Below are positions 45,521-58,721 of a DNA stretch of 64,000 bases, piece after piece; the stretch's first letter is position 1, and every line of letters begins with the position of its first letter. Below the pieces are notes generated by a model. The model was not told where the DNA came from and did no database searches. It was given only the letters and a program-made list of their open reading frames with translations. Made by a program: the position numbers and the translations under genes. The DNA lies in contig CM000155.2 in NCBI GenBank assembly GCA_000004695.1, positions 1,824,001 to 1,888,000 on the forward strand. Direction: 5' to 3'. The DNA is from Dictyostelium discoideum. Its lineage: Eukaryota.

Positions 45521-45545
45521 CAGGCACTGGTTCGATTCTCACAAT
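45521..45545 (+). promoter_or_regulatory. External B box (exB), CCAGGCACTGGTTCGATTCTCACAA, ~30 bp downstream of tRNA-Pro. A second TFIIIC-type B-box copy outside the tRNA body, as described for Dictyostelium tRNA genes.
   Basis: GGTTCGATTCTC matches the B-box consensus GGTTCGANTCC but lies outside any cloverleaf. Analogous B-box-like elements are seen downstream of tRNA-His (13955..13974, - strand) and tRNA-Leu (46409..46428, - strand). Confidence 0.5.
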
Positions 45546-46177
45546 TATAGTTAATTGCAAAAAATTATTAATTTTGATAGATTCATAAATAAAACTATCA
45601 ATTATGGTTTATTTCCTTTCTGATTAATCAAAATTATAAAACAAAATTTCAATAGTATGGGGAGAGGTGATTTGACTTTTATGGTGTATGTTTTTAAAAT
45701 TCTATAGTAGAACGGGAAAAGTTTAACATCTTTTAATTTTCAAGGTTATTTATTTCAATAAACGCATGATTTAGGTGGAAGTAATGGAAGTGAAAGTTAA
45801 AATTTATTCAATTTCTTAAAAGGTATGGTCAATGAACATAATAACAAATAATATGATTAAATTAAATTGGGTTTTCATTGGAATTGTTATTGTATTATTT
45901 ATATATTCTATCTTAATTATTATACAATCTCCTGTAGAAAGTTTATTATAAAAAAAATTTATATATAGTTTTAAATAGAAATAAAATCCTTTAACGCTTT
46001 AACTTAACTAATTTTTCATATTCCTATAAACTTTAACTAATTTTATTAAATTCCTATGAGAACATACTAATTTGGTTAATTATTTTATTTTTGGACCCTA
46101 AATGAAATTCTAAAATAATTTTATTGTTGAAAAAATTAAGATTACTGGTAATTTCTTTTTTTGTACTTCTTTTCTGA

Positions 46178-46408
46178 AGTTGATATTTTTAGTTGATATT
46201 TATAGTTGATATTTATAGTTGATATTTATAGTTGATATTTATAGTTGATATTTATAGTTTTTTTTTTTTTTTACCTAAAAGCGGTGTAAGTTGATATTTA
46301 TAGTTGATATTTATAGTTGATGTTTATAGTTGATGTTTATAGTTGATGTTTATAGTTGATGTTTATAGTTGATGTTTATAGTTGATGTTTATAGTTGATG
46401 TTTATAGT
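46178..46408. repeat. 13-bp minisatellite (AGTTGATATTTAT)n, about 16 units, switching to the AGTTGATGTTTAT variant in the distal half. It is interrupted at 46258..46288 by the retroelement tail.
   Basis: Direct reading shows exact tandem units. Confidence 0.85.
46258..46288 (-). mobile_element. Second copy of the 5'-truncated poly(A) retroelement tail (TACACCGCTTTTAGGT + A15 on the - strand). It sits inside the minisatellite, ~165 bp downstream of tRNA-Leu in the same orientation.
   Basis: Identical 16-nt tail and oligo(A) to 13923..13954. The flanks are the tandem repeat, so the target-site duplication cannot be sized but is compatible. Confidence 0.4.
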
Positions 46409-46452
46409 TGAGAGTCGAACCTGTGATCGTTTAATGTATGGCATAAAGTCAT

Positions 46453-46535
46453 TGCAAGAGGCGAGATTCGAACTCGCGAACCGAATGGATGAGATCTTAA
46501 GTCACACGGATTTAACCAGACTTTCCTACCCTTGC
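46453..46535 (-). tRNA. tRNA-Leu (anticodon UAA), class II with a long variable arm.
   Basis: The reverse complement has acceptor GCAAGGG/CTCTTGC, anticodon stem TGTGA/TCTCA with loop CTTAAGA, a ~12-nt variable arm, T-arm GCGAGTTCGAATCTCGC and discriminator A. Confidence 0.75.
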
Positions 46536-46846
46536 TTTGGATGAATAATTTTTTCAAAAAGCGAACTAAATCAATTTTTTACCAAATTTTAAAAAATAGA
46601 ATAAAAAAATAAAAATATTAAATAAATAAAAATAAATAGATTAATAGTTAAACAAATAAAATAAAAAATAAAAAAATGAATAAATAAATATATAAATAAA
46701 CAAATAAATAAATAAATAAATAAATAAATTATTAAAAAAAAAATAATAAATAACATAACTCGGAAAATGTTCGAAAATATCAAGATATTTTTTTTTTCCG
46801 ACCTGTTTTTTCCAATTTTTTTTTAAACTATTATTTTTTTTTTCAA

Positions 46847-46892
<46 letters not shown>

Positions 46893-46946
46893 TTTTATAG
46901 TAGATTACATCATCAATAAATAATAATAATAAAAAAAAAAAAAAAA

Positions 46947-47698
46947 ATGAAAATGATTAAATTATTATTACTATTATTAATATTGTTTTTAAATAATAAT
47001 CAAGTTAAATCAGTAACTTATTTAGAAATGACACCATATGAAAAATCTGATTGTTCAGGTGAATCAGAAGGTATTGGTTATGCATTTATTGTTAATCAAT
47101 GTTTTGCGATTGCAGGTGACTATTATTCAGTATCATTAAATAGTGATCATTCAAATAGTACCATTAGTGAATATAAAGATGGTGAAAACAACCAATGTAC
47201 TGGATTAATTAGTGATAATGATAAAGTTTATGAAATTGATGGTTGTTATAATGCACCAAACTATGTTTGGAATAGTGGTGCAGTTCCAAGTAACTATGTA
47301 AAAATTTCAATCTCTGTAAATCCAACTGATATTCCACAATATGGTTTCAGACAAACTACCTATGCACCAGGTGATAAAGATTGTCAATCAAATCCTCAAT
47401 TCTATTGGTACGCAACAAATAATACAAAGATTGATATGGGTAATTTTTCTGCAACTTTTTATTGTTCTGATAATGAATCATTTGAAAGTAAGTTTTTGAT
47501 TTTTTTTTTTTTTTTTTTTTTTTTTCATATATATATATAAAGGGGTTGATTAATTTAAACTAATCTTTTTTTATTTTTTATTTTTTTTATAAAATAGTTT
47601 ATTGTGCTCCAGGATGTTTTACAACTGATTCAAGTATGACATGTATTAGAGATTTCACTCATTGGGCAACTGAAAATTATATGGCTGGTTCATGTTAA
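46947..47698 (+). CDS. Secreted cysteine-rich protein (~220 aa). Exon 1 46947..47487, intron 47488..47597, exon 2 47598..47698.
   Basis: Signal peptide MKMIKLLLLLLILFLNNNQVKS. About 14 Cys, plus N-glycosylation sequons. A GTAAGT donor after ...SDNESFE and a TAG acceptor give IYCAPGCFTTDSSMTCIRDFTHWATENYMAGSC*. No family recognised. Confidence 0.6.
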
Positions 47699-48157
47699 AT
47701 ATATATTAATTATTTTTAAAAAAAAAAAAAAAAACTTTGTGGGGGGAAAATATATGATAAAAATAAAGAAATTATAAAATATTAATTTTTTAAAAAAAAT
47801 CGAGAATGATTAGATAATTCTTTTTTTATTTGTTTTTATTTTATTCTTTTATTTATTTTGTGATAGGGATGATAATTATTATTTCTTTTTTTTTTTTTTT
47901 TAAATTTTATTTTTTTATCTTCACCTAACGGAACTCAGATTTCATTAATGTCCAGCTGAGGGTTTTGAGTGAATTTTAATCTTGCGAGATAATAAAGAAT
48001 ATCCAACCAAAAAAAAAAATATTCAGTACAAGATTGTTAGTCTTGTTTTAGTCGCAATTTAAATCTAAAAAGTATCTGAATGTGTGGAAAGCTTTTTAAA
48101 TAGTAGTTTTTAAAACTATATTTTTATGGGTCAAAAAAAAAAAGTGACTTTTTTTTT

Positions 48158-48188
<31 letters not shown>

Positions 48189-48494
48189 GTGAAGAATTCT
48201 ATTTATAAATTTACTCCGATATGCTATTTAACAAAAATTATTCCATTTTGTTTTATTTTATTTTATTTTATTTTATTTTTAAAAAATAGATACACAAACG
48301 AATTTACGATTTAAAGATTTTTTTAAAAAAAAAAAAATAAAATAAAAAAAATAAAAATAAAATAAAAAAAAATAAAAAAAAAATAAATTATAATAAAAAA
48401 AAACAGTTTCCCTCAATGACTCATTTTTTTTTTTTTTTTCAAAAAAACCTAAAACCAAAAAAAAAAAAAAAAAAACCCAAAACAAAAGCATTGA

Positions 48495-49843
48495 ATGAAT
48501 AAAATATTATTAAAACGACAAATATTATATAATTTACCTAAATATTTTAAAAATAATATACCATATACTATAACAATTAATAAATCAAACCAATTCATTA
48601 ACAATAACTGTAAAAATAATAATAATAATTTTAGAAAATTAAATTTTACTACTACTACTACTACTACTACTACCGCCCCAATAACGAATAATAAACCAAA
48701 ATCAAATATGTTATATTCACCAAAAGATAGATCATATGAAGAAGCAGTTAATGCATTATTAACACTTCAATCGAATCAAACAGTTATAATATCATGGACT
48801 AAAGAAAGAAGAGATAATAAAGAAGAGAGTGCAAAATTTTTAATGGAAGAAATGAGAAACTATTGTAAAACATTGAGTATTGATTTAGAGAGAGAGTCGA
48901 TAATTCATGTTGCAGGTACAAAAGGTAAAGGTAGTACATGTGCAATCACAGAGTCGATTATAAGGGAACAAGGATTCAGCACAGGTTTATTCACATCACC
49001 CCATTTGATCAGTCCAAGAGAACGTATTCGTATCAATGGTGAAATGATTAGTAAAGAGATGTTTTCTCAATACTTTTGGAACTGTTGGGATTTGTTAATT
49101 AAAGATTACCAAACTCAGTTACCAAATTTCTTTAGATACCTTACTCTAATGGCATTGAAAATATTTCAAGACGAAGCTATCCAATGCACAATCTTGGAGG
49201 TTGGTATAGGTGGTAGAATGGACTCGACCAATGTTTTCCCAAAACCAATGGTAACTGGTATCTCTGCATTGGGGTACGATCATCAAAATCTTTTAGGTAA
49301 TACTTTAGCTGAAATCGCATTGGAGAAGGCTGGTATTATGAAAGTTGGTATACCAATATTCACAGTTTCATCACAATTACCAGAAGCAATCAATGTATTA
49401 ATTGATCATTCAAATAAAGTTAAATCACCATTATCAATTGTACCATCAATAGACCAATATACAATTAGTAGTGGTGGTGGTAATAATAATAATAATAAAA
49501 TTGAATCAATTGGATTAAAAGGTACACATCAATTAGAGAATGCATCATTGGCGATAGCTTTAGCAAATTGTTGGTTTAAGAAACAAACTTTTAAAGATGT
49601 TAATGAAATTTTCAATAGTGAAAATCATAAACAATATAATTATGAAACTAATAATTATAATGTCACTCAATTTACACCATTATTGAAATCCATTGAATTA
49701 GGTTTAAAGAATTGTGAATGGGCTGGTCGTGCTCAACATTTTACAAATCCATCACATTTTCCAAATATGGATTTCTATTTAGATGGTGCTCATACTGTTG
49801 AAAGTTCAATTGTAATGTTAAATTGGTGGAAATCAATAGTAAA

Positions 49844-49887
<44 letters not shown>

Positions 49888-50375
49888 ATAATAATGATGA
49901 TGATACAATTCATATTTTAATATTCAATAGTACAGGTGGTAGAAATCCAACAAGTTTCTTAACACCAATCATCCAATCAATTGATAATAAAGAAATTCCA
50001 ATCTTTAATAAATCTATAATTCCAAATATTATCATTGAAAAACCAATTGATAAAAAATATTATATTAATGAAATAATTCAATCAAATCAATCTTCAACAG
50101 CAACAACAACACCAATTCCTGATAATGCCGCTGTGAAACAAACAACAGAAATAAAAGAATCATCAACATGGGAAGATTTCGTTGTAGAATGTTATGATAA
50201 ATTATCAAAAAAATCTCATCCATGTATTACAGCTGATAGTATTGAATCTTCAATTGAAATTGCTAAAGAACTATCTGAAAATGGTACTAAAAATGTAAAG
50301 GTTTTAATCACTGGTTCTTTATATTTAGTTGGTGGTGTTTTAAAAGTTTTATTAAAAGAAAAATCTTTTAATTAA
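48495..50375 (+). CDS. fpgs: Folylpolyglutamate synthase (FPGS; Mur ligase family).
   Basis: 626 aa ORF. The P-loop is IHVAGTKGKGST, followed by FTSPHLISPRERIRING, ILEVGIGGRMDSTNV, GISALGYDHQNLLGNTLAEIALEKAGIMK and DGAHT. All are FPGS/FolC signatures. Poly-Thr/Asn inserts are present. Confidence 0.9.
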
Positions 50376-50393
50376 ATATTCCTTTTCTTTTTT

Positions 50394-50425
<32 letters not shown>

Positions 50426-50503
50426 CTGGTTAAATATATATTTATTTATATCCATATACATCATTTTTAAAATTATTTTTTTTATATTTTAAAATTTAAA
50501 AAA

Positions 50504-50535
<32 letters not shown>

Positions 50536-50996
50536 GAATATGATAAAATTCATTTATAGGTATTTATATTTAAAAGTAGGCAATTTTTTTTTTCAAAATT
50601 ATTTTAAAAAACACACACAAATCTAAGATTTAATTTCAACTAAAAATTATTTTTTTTAAATCTTTTTTTTTTTTATTTTTATTTTTTTTCTTTTTTTGGG
50701 GTTTTTATTATTTTATTAAATTATTAAAAAAATGAATACTAAATATATTATAATCTTTAGTAATATTATTCAATTTTTATTGTAAATTGTAACTTGATGA
50801 TTTTTTTATTAATTTTATTTGTAAATTTAAAATTTTATATTTTATTTAGTAAAACTAGTATTTTAGAATTTTTATTTGATTTGATTTTATTTTTTTTATT
50901 TTTATATATTTTTATTTTTATTATTTTTTTTGGCAATCAATCATTCAATCAAATAAAATAGAAAAAAAAAAAAAAGTTACAAATAAAATAAATAAA

Positions 50997-51491
50997 ATGA
51001 ATAAACTATATAAAATTTTAAGTTTATTTTTAATATTTTCATTTATAAAAGAAATTTATTGTATAATGGATAATAATAATAATAAAAATCCTGTTCGTTT
51101 TGAATGTATTCCAAATTCATGTTTATCGGATCATTCATGTATTGAAGATTTAGAAACTGGTAAAAATAAATGTGTTGATGATAGTACTCGTAAAGTTATA
51201 TTTCAATCAACAATTGTTACAAAATGGCATAATGATAATGATAATGATCCTAAAATGCATGTTTCTGTTGAAATTATCAATGAAAATGTTAATACAATTC
51301 ATAATTTAGTCATTGTAATCGATTCATCAGTTAGAGTAATTGATTTGTGGGGTATGAATAAAAATAAAAGTGTTTATCAATTACCATCATATGTTCAAAT
51401 TCCACCAAATTCAACTCATAATTTTGGTTACATTTGTGATGGTTTCCAATTACCAAAAATATTTCTTGGTGCTGTGTATATTATAATTTAA
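50997..51491 (+). CDS. Hypothetical secreted 164 aa protein (signal peptide MNKLYKILSLFLIFSFIKEIYC, then a Cys-containing domain).
   Basis: ORF with an N-terminal hydrophobic leader. No family recognised. Confidence 0.45.
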   Translation: MNKLYKILSLFLIFSFIKEIYCIMDNNNNKNPVRFECIPNSCLSDHSCIEDLETGKNKCVDDSTRKVIFQSTIVTKWHNDNDNDPKMHVSVEIINENVNTIHNLVIVIDSSVRVIDLWGMNKNKSVYQLPSYVQIPPNSTHNFGYICDGFQLPKIFLGAVYIII

Positions 51492-51597
51492 AAAAAAAAA
51501 AAAAAAAAAAAATAAAATATATAAAATTTAAATAAAATGTATTTTAATAAAAAAAAAAAGAAAAGAGAAAGAATAGAATTCCATTTTTTATTTTAAT

Positions 51598-52080
51598 TTA
51601 TTCTTTTTTATGTTCTTTATCTTTTTTATCTTTCTTTCCTTCATCTTTATGTTCTTTGTCTTTTTTATCTTTCTTTCCTTCATCTTTGTGATCTTTATCT
51701 TTGTGATCTTTATCTTTTTTATCTTTCTTTCCTTCATCTTTATGATCTTTATCTTTCTTTCCTTCTAATTTTGATTTTTCTTTAGCTTCTTTCTTTAAAC
51801 GTTTGGCTTCTAATTCCTCTGGAGTTTTGTCTTTGTTTTTAGCTTCTTTCTTTAAACGTTTAGCTTCTAATTCCTCTGGAGTTTTATCTTTGTTTTTGGC
51901 TTCTTTCTTTAAACGTTTAGCTTCAATCTCTTCTGGAGTCTTTTCTTTCTTATCTTTCTTATCCTTCTTATCTTTCTTATCCTTTTTATCTTTCTTTTCA
52001 TCCTTATGTTTTTCATCCAATTTTAATTTCTCCAAGTCTTGGGCTACTTTAACATCTGTATTTGGTTTTTCGGTTTCCAT
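51598..52080 (-). CDS. Highly charged Lys/Glu/Asp repeat protein (160 aa). It contains three tandem 19-aa repeats KDKTPEELEAKRLKKEAKN (57-bp DNA repeats) flanked by (KDKKD)n.
   Basis: ORF with near-perfect 57-bp tandem repeats at ~51780..51950. The antisense ORF 51803..52090 is its mirror. Confidence 0.5.
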   Translation of the reverse strand: METEKPNTDVKVAQDLEKLKLDEKHKDEKKDKKDKKDKKDKKDKKEKTPEEIEAKRLKKEAKNKDKTPEELEAKRLKKEAKNKDKTPEELEAKRLKKEAKEKSKLEGKKDKDHKDEGKKDKKDKDHKDKDHKDEGKKDKKDKEHKDEGKKDKKDKEHKKE

Positions 52081-53099
52081 TTCTAAATAATTAAAAAAAT
52101 AAAAAAATTGTATATAAAAAAAAAAAGTAAAGTTTTGGAAAATGTGGTAATAAAAATATATATATTTGTTTTAAAAGTTTAAAGAATAAATATTAAAATT
52201 GAAATTGAAATTTTTTTTTTTTAAATGGTTTTTTTTTTTTTTTAATTTTTGGGAAAAATAAAAAATTAATGAAAATTAATAATGAATATAAAAGGAAAGA
52301 AAATTTTTTTTTTTTTGAATCTATAAAAAAAAAAAAAAAAAAATCAAAAAAAATCAAAAAAAAAAAAAAATAAATAATTACCTTATTTTTCAAAATATAT
52401 GTATAATTTACAATTAATTAATAATGATTATTGATTTGTTATTATTATTTTTTTTTTTTTTTTTTTTTTTTTTGACATTAAATATCTTTTTTTTTTTTTA
52501 AAAGAAAATTTTTTTTTAATTTTTTTTTTTTTTTTTTTTGAAAAATTGGTTTAATTAAAATTAAAACATTGAACAATGTTGTGTAAGTGCTTTTTACAAT
52601 AATAAACCAACATTCATTTAATTTGAAAGAAATCAACCGATATTTCCATAAAAAAAAATTTTTTAATTTATTTTTATTTTTATTTTTTTATTTTTTTTTT
52701 TTTTTTTCAAATATTATCAATTTTATTAAAAAAACATAATTATAAATTTTTTTTTTTTTTTTTTTTTTTTGATATTGGATATTTATTTAGCAATTTTTTG
52801 GGAACAATTTAAATTGAGCCAAAACACATTTTTTTTTTTTTTTCTAAAAATATACTACCAAAGATATGATTATAAAATTTTAAAACAAATAAAAATAAAT
52901 ATATTGAAAAATGTAAAATGAAGGAATTATTAAAAAAGAATTGAAAAAAGTTTTAGAGATCAAGAAATTAGAATTAAACAATAGAGAGTATTTAATGTTT
53001 TAAGATTTGATTGGATATTTCAATTAATTGAAATCATTTAAATTAATTAATTACAAAAGTTGAACCAATTATTTAAAAAAAAAAAATAAATTCATTTTT

Positions 53100-53131
<32 letters not shown>

Positions 53132-53347
53132 TTAAATTTGATTTTTGTTTAAATAATAAAAATTTGTATTAACGTTTTATTATTGTTTTTACTAATTTGA
53201 GTGGAGTAAGTAAATATCAAAAAAAAAAGATTTTTTTTTTTTTTTTTTTTAGTTGTAAAATTTGAATGAATTTAATTAATTTTATTTTTTTCGTTTTTCA
53301 TTTTTCATTTTTCATTTTTTTTTTCTTTTTTTCACTTTTTTTATTTT

Positions 53348-53380
<33 letters not shown>

Positions 53381-53442
53381 CAATTTTTGATCGAGGAAAA
53401 CATAATTTTGGTGTGTTTAAATAAATAAAAAAAGTCAAAGCA

Positions 53443-56400
53443 ATGAATAGAGTTAGTGTTTTAAGCAAATACCAATGCTTAAAGATTAACTCTCCAAATA
53501 GATTTTTTTCAAAATATTTTACAACATCAACAATAAATTCAACAAAAATAACAAATGATCAATCACAAACAAACTCTGCAGGAAAAGAAATATCACAACC
53601 AATTTTAAAATCTCAAGATAAACTCAAAAAATCAATTTTAAAAACATCAACAGATACAAATTTTTTAAAAGATATAAATAAAAAACATCGACAACATTAT
53701 ATTAAACCACAAAAAGATGATGAAAATATTATTTTAAAAACATTGTATGTACATACCTATTTTTATTAATAAAAAAAAATAATTGAAAAATGATTGAAAA
53801 AAAAAAAAGTGATTAAACTAACACACACATAAAATAATTGAAAATAAATAAATAATAATTTTTTTTAGAAATGATTTAAAAACAAATAATTTAAATACAA
53901 AAGAATTAATTAGTGATAGATTATCAGAATTATTTTTAAATAAAGAAATGATTAAATTAATAAGTGAAAATGAAATTGAATCAATTAATGAAATATTTAA
54001 AATAGTTTTAGGAGCTAAAAAATCACAACAACCACCAACAGTAGCATTTTTTACAAAATCATTTTTAAATAAATCATCAAAAGAATTTAAAATGAAATTA
54101 GATTCATTACCAATTATAGTTTACTTTTTATCAGTTTTTGAATCAAAAGATATAATGAAAAGTTCAGATTCAGATTCAGATTCAACAGCAACAAATAATT
54201 ATTTAACTGTTGGAAAAGGTATATCAAAAAAGTTTATTCAAAATTTCCAAGATTCAATTTCATCAGAACTTGATATAACAGATTTACAAGAACATTTATC
54301 AGATATGATTAAATTATCAAAATTTTCAAGATTACTTGGATATTTAACAAATGTTGAAATTTCAAGAGATAAAATTAAAAAATTAAAAGATAAAAATGAA
54401 ATTTTTAATCAATTAATAAATGAATTTGGTGAGAATATAAATGAAATTGAATTTCAAAATTTATTTAAAAATGAGATACATTTTATATCATTCCTATTAA
54501 CATTATCAAGAAATCAAATTATAACAATTTTATCAATAAGTAATAATAGTTGTTATGAAGAAGAAGAAGAAGTTGAAGAAGTTGAAGAAGTAAATGTAAA
54601 AGGGGAGGGAGGAGAATTATTTAAACGAGTTGACAAATATGAAGATAATAATAAAGGAATTTTTAATCAAAATAAAATTAAAAGTTTAATTGAAAATATA
54701 CCAGTTTCAAAAGTAAGAGAACGTTTATATTGGTTTTTATTAATGGCTAAATTAAGATACCCAATTAGTGAGAATTATTTTAATGATATTGAAATTTCAT
54801 TACATTATGAAAAAGATCCATCATTTATCTTGTTTTTCTTTAACCATTTCAAGATTTTTGGGTATATACCATCAGATTCATCAGAAGCAAAGATTTTCCA
54901 AAGATATGTAAGGGTTGCTACTCTTGATGAAGCTCTTCATTATTTCGATTCAATTAAAAAGAAACCTCAATCTTTAAATATCATTATGATCACTCATTTA
55001 CTTTTAGCAATGAATAAATTTAATAATCAATTAGATAGAAAAATAATAATTGATTCAACTACCAATACTACTACCAATACTACTATCAATACTACTATCA
55101 ATAATAATAAAATAAAAAAATATCAAAGATCAATTGAAAATGAAATGTTAACTCTTTATTCTAGTAAAATTAAGGATATTATAGGCTCAAATTCAAGTTT
55201 ATACAATTTTACATTATCACAACTTTTACATGGTGAAAAATGGAGAAAAGTTTTATTTAATACTTTAGTAACTCAATTAATTGAAAAACATATAAATTCA
55301 GTCACCGATGAAACACTTTTAATTATAAATGAATATTTCTCAATTCATAAAGATGATGTAATCCTTAAAAAATTGTATGAACTCTCTAAAAAAATTCATC
55401 TTTCAAAAGAGTTACTCTCAAATCTTACAATTCAATTTCTAATTCACAAAAGGGATTATTCTAATGCAATCAATTCTTTAATTGAATTATATAAACAAGA
55501 AACTCCAATTTTAAAATCAACTTTAAAATTATTAATTAAAAGTGATCCAACTCATCCAATTTTATTTGAATTTTATAAAACTTTACCACAACAATTTGAA
55601 TTAATTGAACCTACAAATCAAGAACAAGAGCAAGATCAACAAGATCAACCACCACCACCACAACAACAACAAGAACAACAACAAGAACAACAACAACAAC
55701 AAGAACAACAACAACAACAAGATCAACAACAACAAGATCAACAACAAGATCAACAAGAAAAACAACAAATTAAAGAAATTAAACCAAAATTAAAAGAAAA
55801 ATTAGAAAGTGAAAAACTTATTAATTCAGAATTATTTTTAGAATGTATAAATGATCCAATGAAATTATATAGAATTTTAGATGGAAAAATTGAAATTTTA
55901 GCAAGTACATTTCAAAGTATTGTTATGAAATCATTAGAATCGGGTAAATATCAATTTGTTGAAAGCATAATTTCAAAGAGATTTGGAGATAGTTCAAAAT
56001 CAATTGATAAGCATTTATTATCAAAATTAATTACAATTCCAAATTTACCAATTTCAAAAGATGATCCATACAATATTGAAAAACTACTATTAACAAATAA
56101 TCGATCAGAGAATTTAGCACTTTACAATAAACTTTTTAATTTATCTTTAAATAATGGTCTTTTAAATTGTGCAAAGAATTATATTTTAAAGATTATTCAA
56201 CAATCAAATCAAAGACTTGTAACATCATTATGTTATCAAGGTGAAGAAGCCTTAATTTATTCTTATATTTTATCATTAAATAATTTAAATATTATTAATA
56301 ATAATCAAGAAAATAATAATAATAATAATAATGATTTAAAAGAAACAATTGAAAATCAAATTATTAAATGGATAGAATCAGTATTTGGTTGTAATAGTTT

Positions 56401-57242
56401 AAATGAAATTAATAATGATGATTTTGTATTTTCAATTCTTTTAGGATTTCATCATTCAACATCTGCATACTATAAGAAACAAATTGGAAATTTAAATGAA
56501 CAACAACAATTACCATCATCATTATATTTAAAGATTAGATCAAATTTAATGCAAGTAATAAATAAATATTTTGATCTTATAGTTTTGGATAGAATGATAT
56601 TATCAAGTTATGGTCTTGAATCAAAATATTATGGTGAAGCTATTGATTTTCAAAAGGATTTCATCTCAATGATAACAATAAATGAACTTTACCAATATAC
56701 AATTTTAAAATTAAATTTACTTGAAAAAAAAAATAATAATAATAACAACAATAATAATAATAATAGTTACTATCGAATTTCAATAGATAAGAAATTCATT
56801 GAAAATAATGATCAATCATTTAATGAAATTGATTTATTATTAAAGAATATTAGTACAAAACAAATTTCAGTTATTGTACCATTTTTAATGGGTTTCATTG
56901 AAAATCCATCATTAATGAAATATCTTTCAGTGATATTATCAAATGATTTGAACAAATATGATACAGCAACAACAACAACAACAACAACAACAATTGGTAA
57001 TAATTTCATTCAAAGATTAATGGAATCATCATCAAATTCAAAGGAAATTGACTTTTTAAATATTTCAAATACATTCTTTTTTAAATATTTCATTTCAGTT
57101 GGTGATTTAAAAAGTGCTTTCAAAGTTCATTTTAAACAAATTCATATTTTAATTAGATTTAGATTAATTCAAGATATTTTAAAGAATCAACCATTGGTAA
57201 TGGATCATATATTTAAAATAATCTCATCAGAACTAGAACTAG

Positions 57243-57322
<80 letters not shown>

Positions 57323-58150
57323 AAATCATCATCACCATCATTAGATTATGGTTTAATTGAAAGTTTATTATCAGTTACTTCAATTTTAAATGATTCAAAA
57401 TCAATTCATTTCTCTTTAAAACTTTATAATTTAGCTAGTGAACATGCTAAATTAAACAATTCAAGAATTCCACTATCAATTACAAATTCAAAAGATTTGG
57501 TTTTATCAGGATTTAAAAATAGAAATGATCATTTCCAATTATCTGAAAATTTGAAAATTTCAGATATTGAAAAACAAATGAAACAAACACGTGGTGCAGG
57601 TGCTGATGGTGCAGATGAAATTATTATTAAAAATCATTTAACAAGTTCTCAACTTTTAAATGATATTAAATATATTTTAATTCATTCAAATTATAAGCAA
57701 TTAAAAGGTATTGGTTTCGGTGTACTTAGAGGTGACATTCCTTTTACAATAAATGATAAAATTAAAGTGTTCCTTTTAGTTGAAGCTTTTGCAGCAGAAG
57801 AAGGCAGAGAAAAAGTTAATAGCTTTTTGAATACTCCATCATTACTAAACAATTCCTTAGACTTTGAATTATTAAGAACTCCAAAAATCACAAAATTAAT
57901 CTCTTTCATTTTCAGAACTAATTCAAGCATCAAACATGATTCAAATTATTTCCCTGAATTTTCACCAGATTTCTTACCTAATAAATTCAAATTTTATTCT
58001 GCTCATCTTGAAGATATTAATAATAATGATAATGATAATAGTATTCAAGATATATCAAATATAGTTAATTGTAATAGTGGTCCAGAATCTTTTTATTATA
58101 GAAAAGTTTTAAAATATTTCTTTAAAAAAAGAATTTTAAAAAATTTATAA
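53443..58150 (+). CDS. Large hypothetical protein (~1,528 aa). Exon 1 53443..53744, intron 53745..53868, exon 2 53869..58150. It is mostly alpha-helical and Leu/Ile/Asn-rich with helical-repeat character. The N-terminus is presequence-like, so it could be an organellar helical-repeat (PPR/TPR-like) protein.
   Basis: A GTATGT donor after ...ILKT(L) and a TTTTTTAG acceptor (phase 2) join the ORFs 53443..53769 and 53948..58150 in frame. (CAA)n tracts encode poly-Q at ~55640..55760 and 57245..57320. Confidence 0.65.
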
Positions 58151-58208
58151 AAAATAAAAATAATAATAATAATAATAATATTTAGAAAATATGATTTAAT
58201 TTTATTTT

Positions 58209-58687
58209 TTAATAATCATCTTCTTTTATACATTTTTTAACTAATTGAAATATTTCAGGATTTTCTAACGCAGCTATAATTCTTTCTTTGTCATTAATTT
58301 GTTTATTAATTTCATCTTCTGTTTGGTGAGTACCTTTTTTAATGTATATTTCAATCTTTGATCTCTTTGGAAGATATTCTTTAATTTTCTCTCTTATACA
58401 TAATGCAATCGTTGGTGCTAAATGACAATGTGGTACTGTTGGTTGAAATAATATCTTTATAAAGCAATATCCTTTATAATTTTCATTATTATTATTATTG
58501 ATATCATCACTATCATTTATGTCATTATTATCTATAACAGTTATCCAATCTTCATTTACAACTTTTAATTCTTCTAATGTTTTTGGAAACTCTGGATCTT
58601 TTATATGCCTTATAATGTCTATTTTATTATTATTATTATTATTGTTATTATATTTTCAATTAAATTGTTAAATTTTTGTATTTTTTT

Positions 58688-58721
<34 letters not shown>

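Noticed and set aside
46178-46408. Tandem direct repeats that could be mistaken for a CRISPR array.
   Set aside because: Units are 13 bp with no spacers, i.e. a minisatellite. The genome is eukaryotic. There are no cas genes.
47880-48130. Moderately GC-rich stretch (TTCACCTAACGGAACTCAGATTTCATTAATGTCCAGCTGAGGGTTTTGAG...) considered as a class I or other small ncRNA.
   Set aside because: No conserved class I 3' motif (CCTTACAGCAA), no box C/D or H/ACA pattern, no stable terminal stem. Left unannotated.
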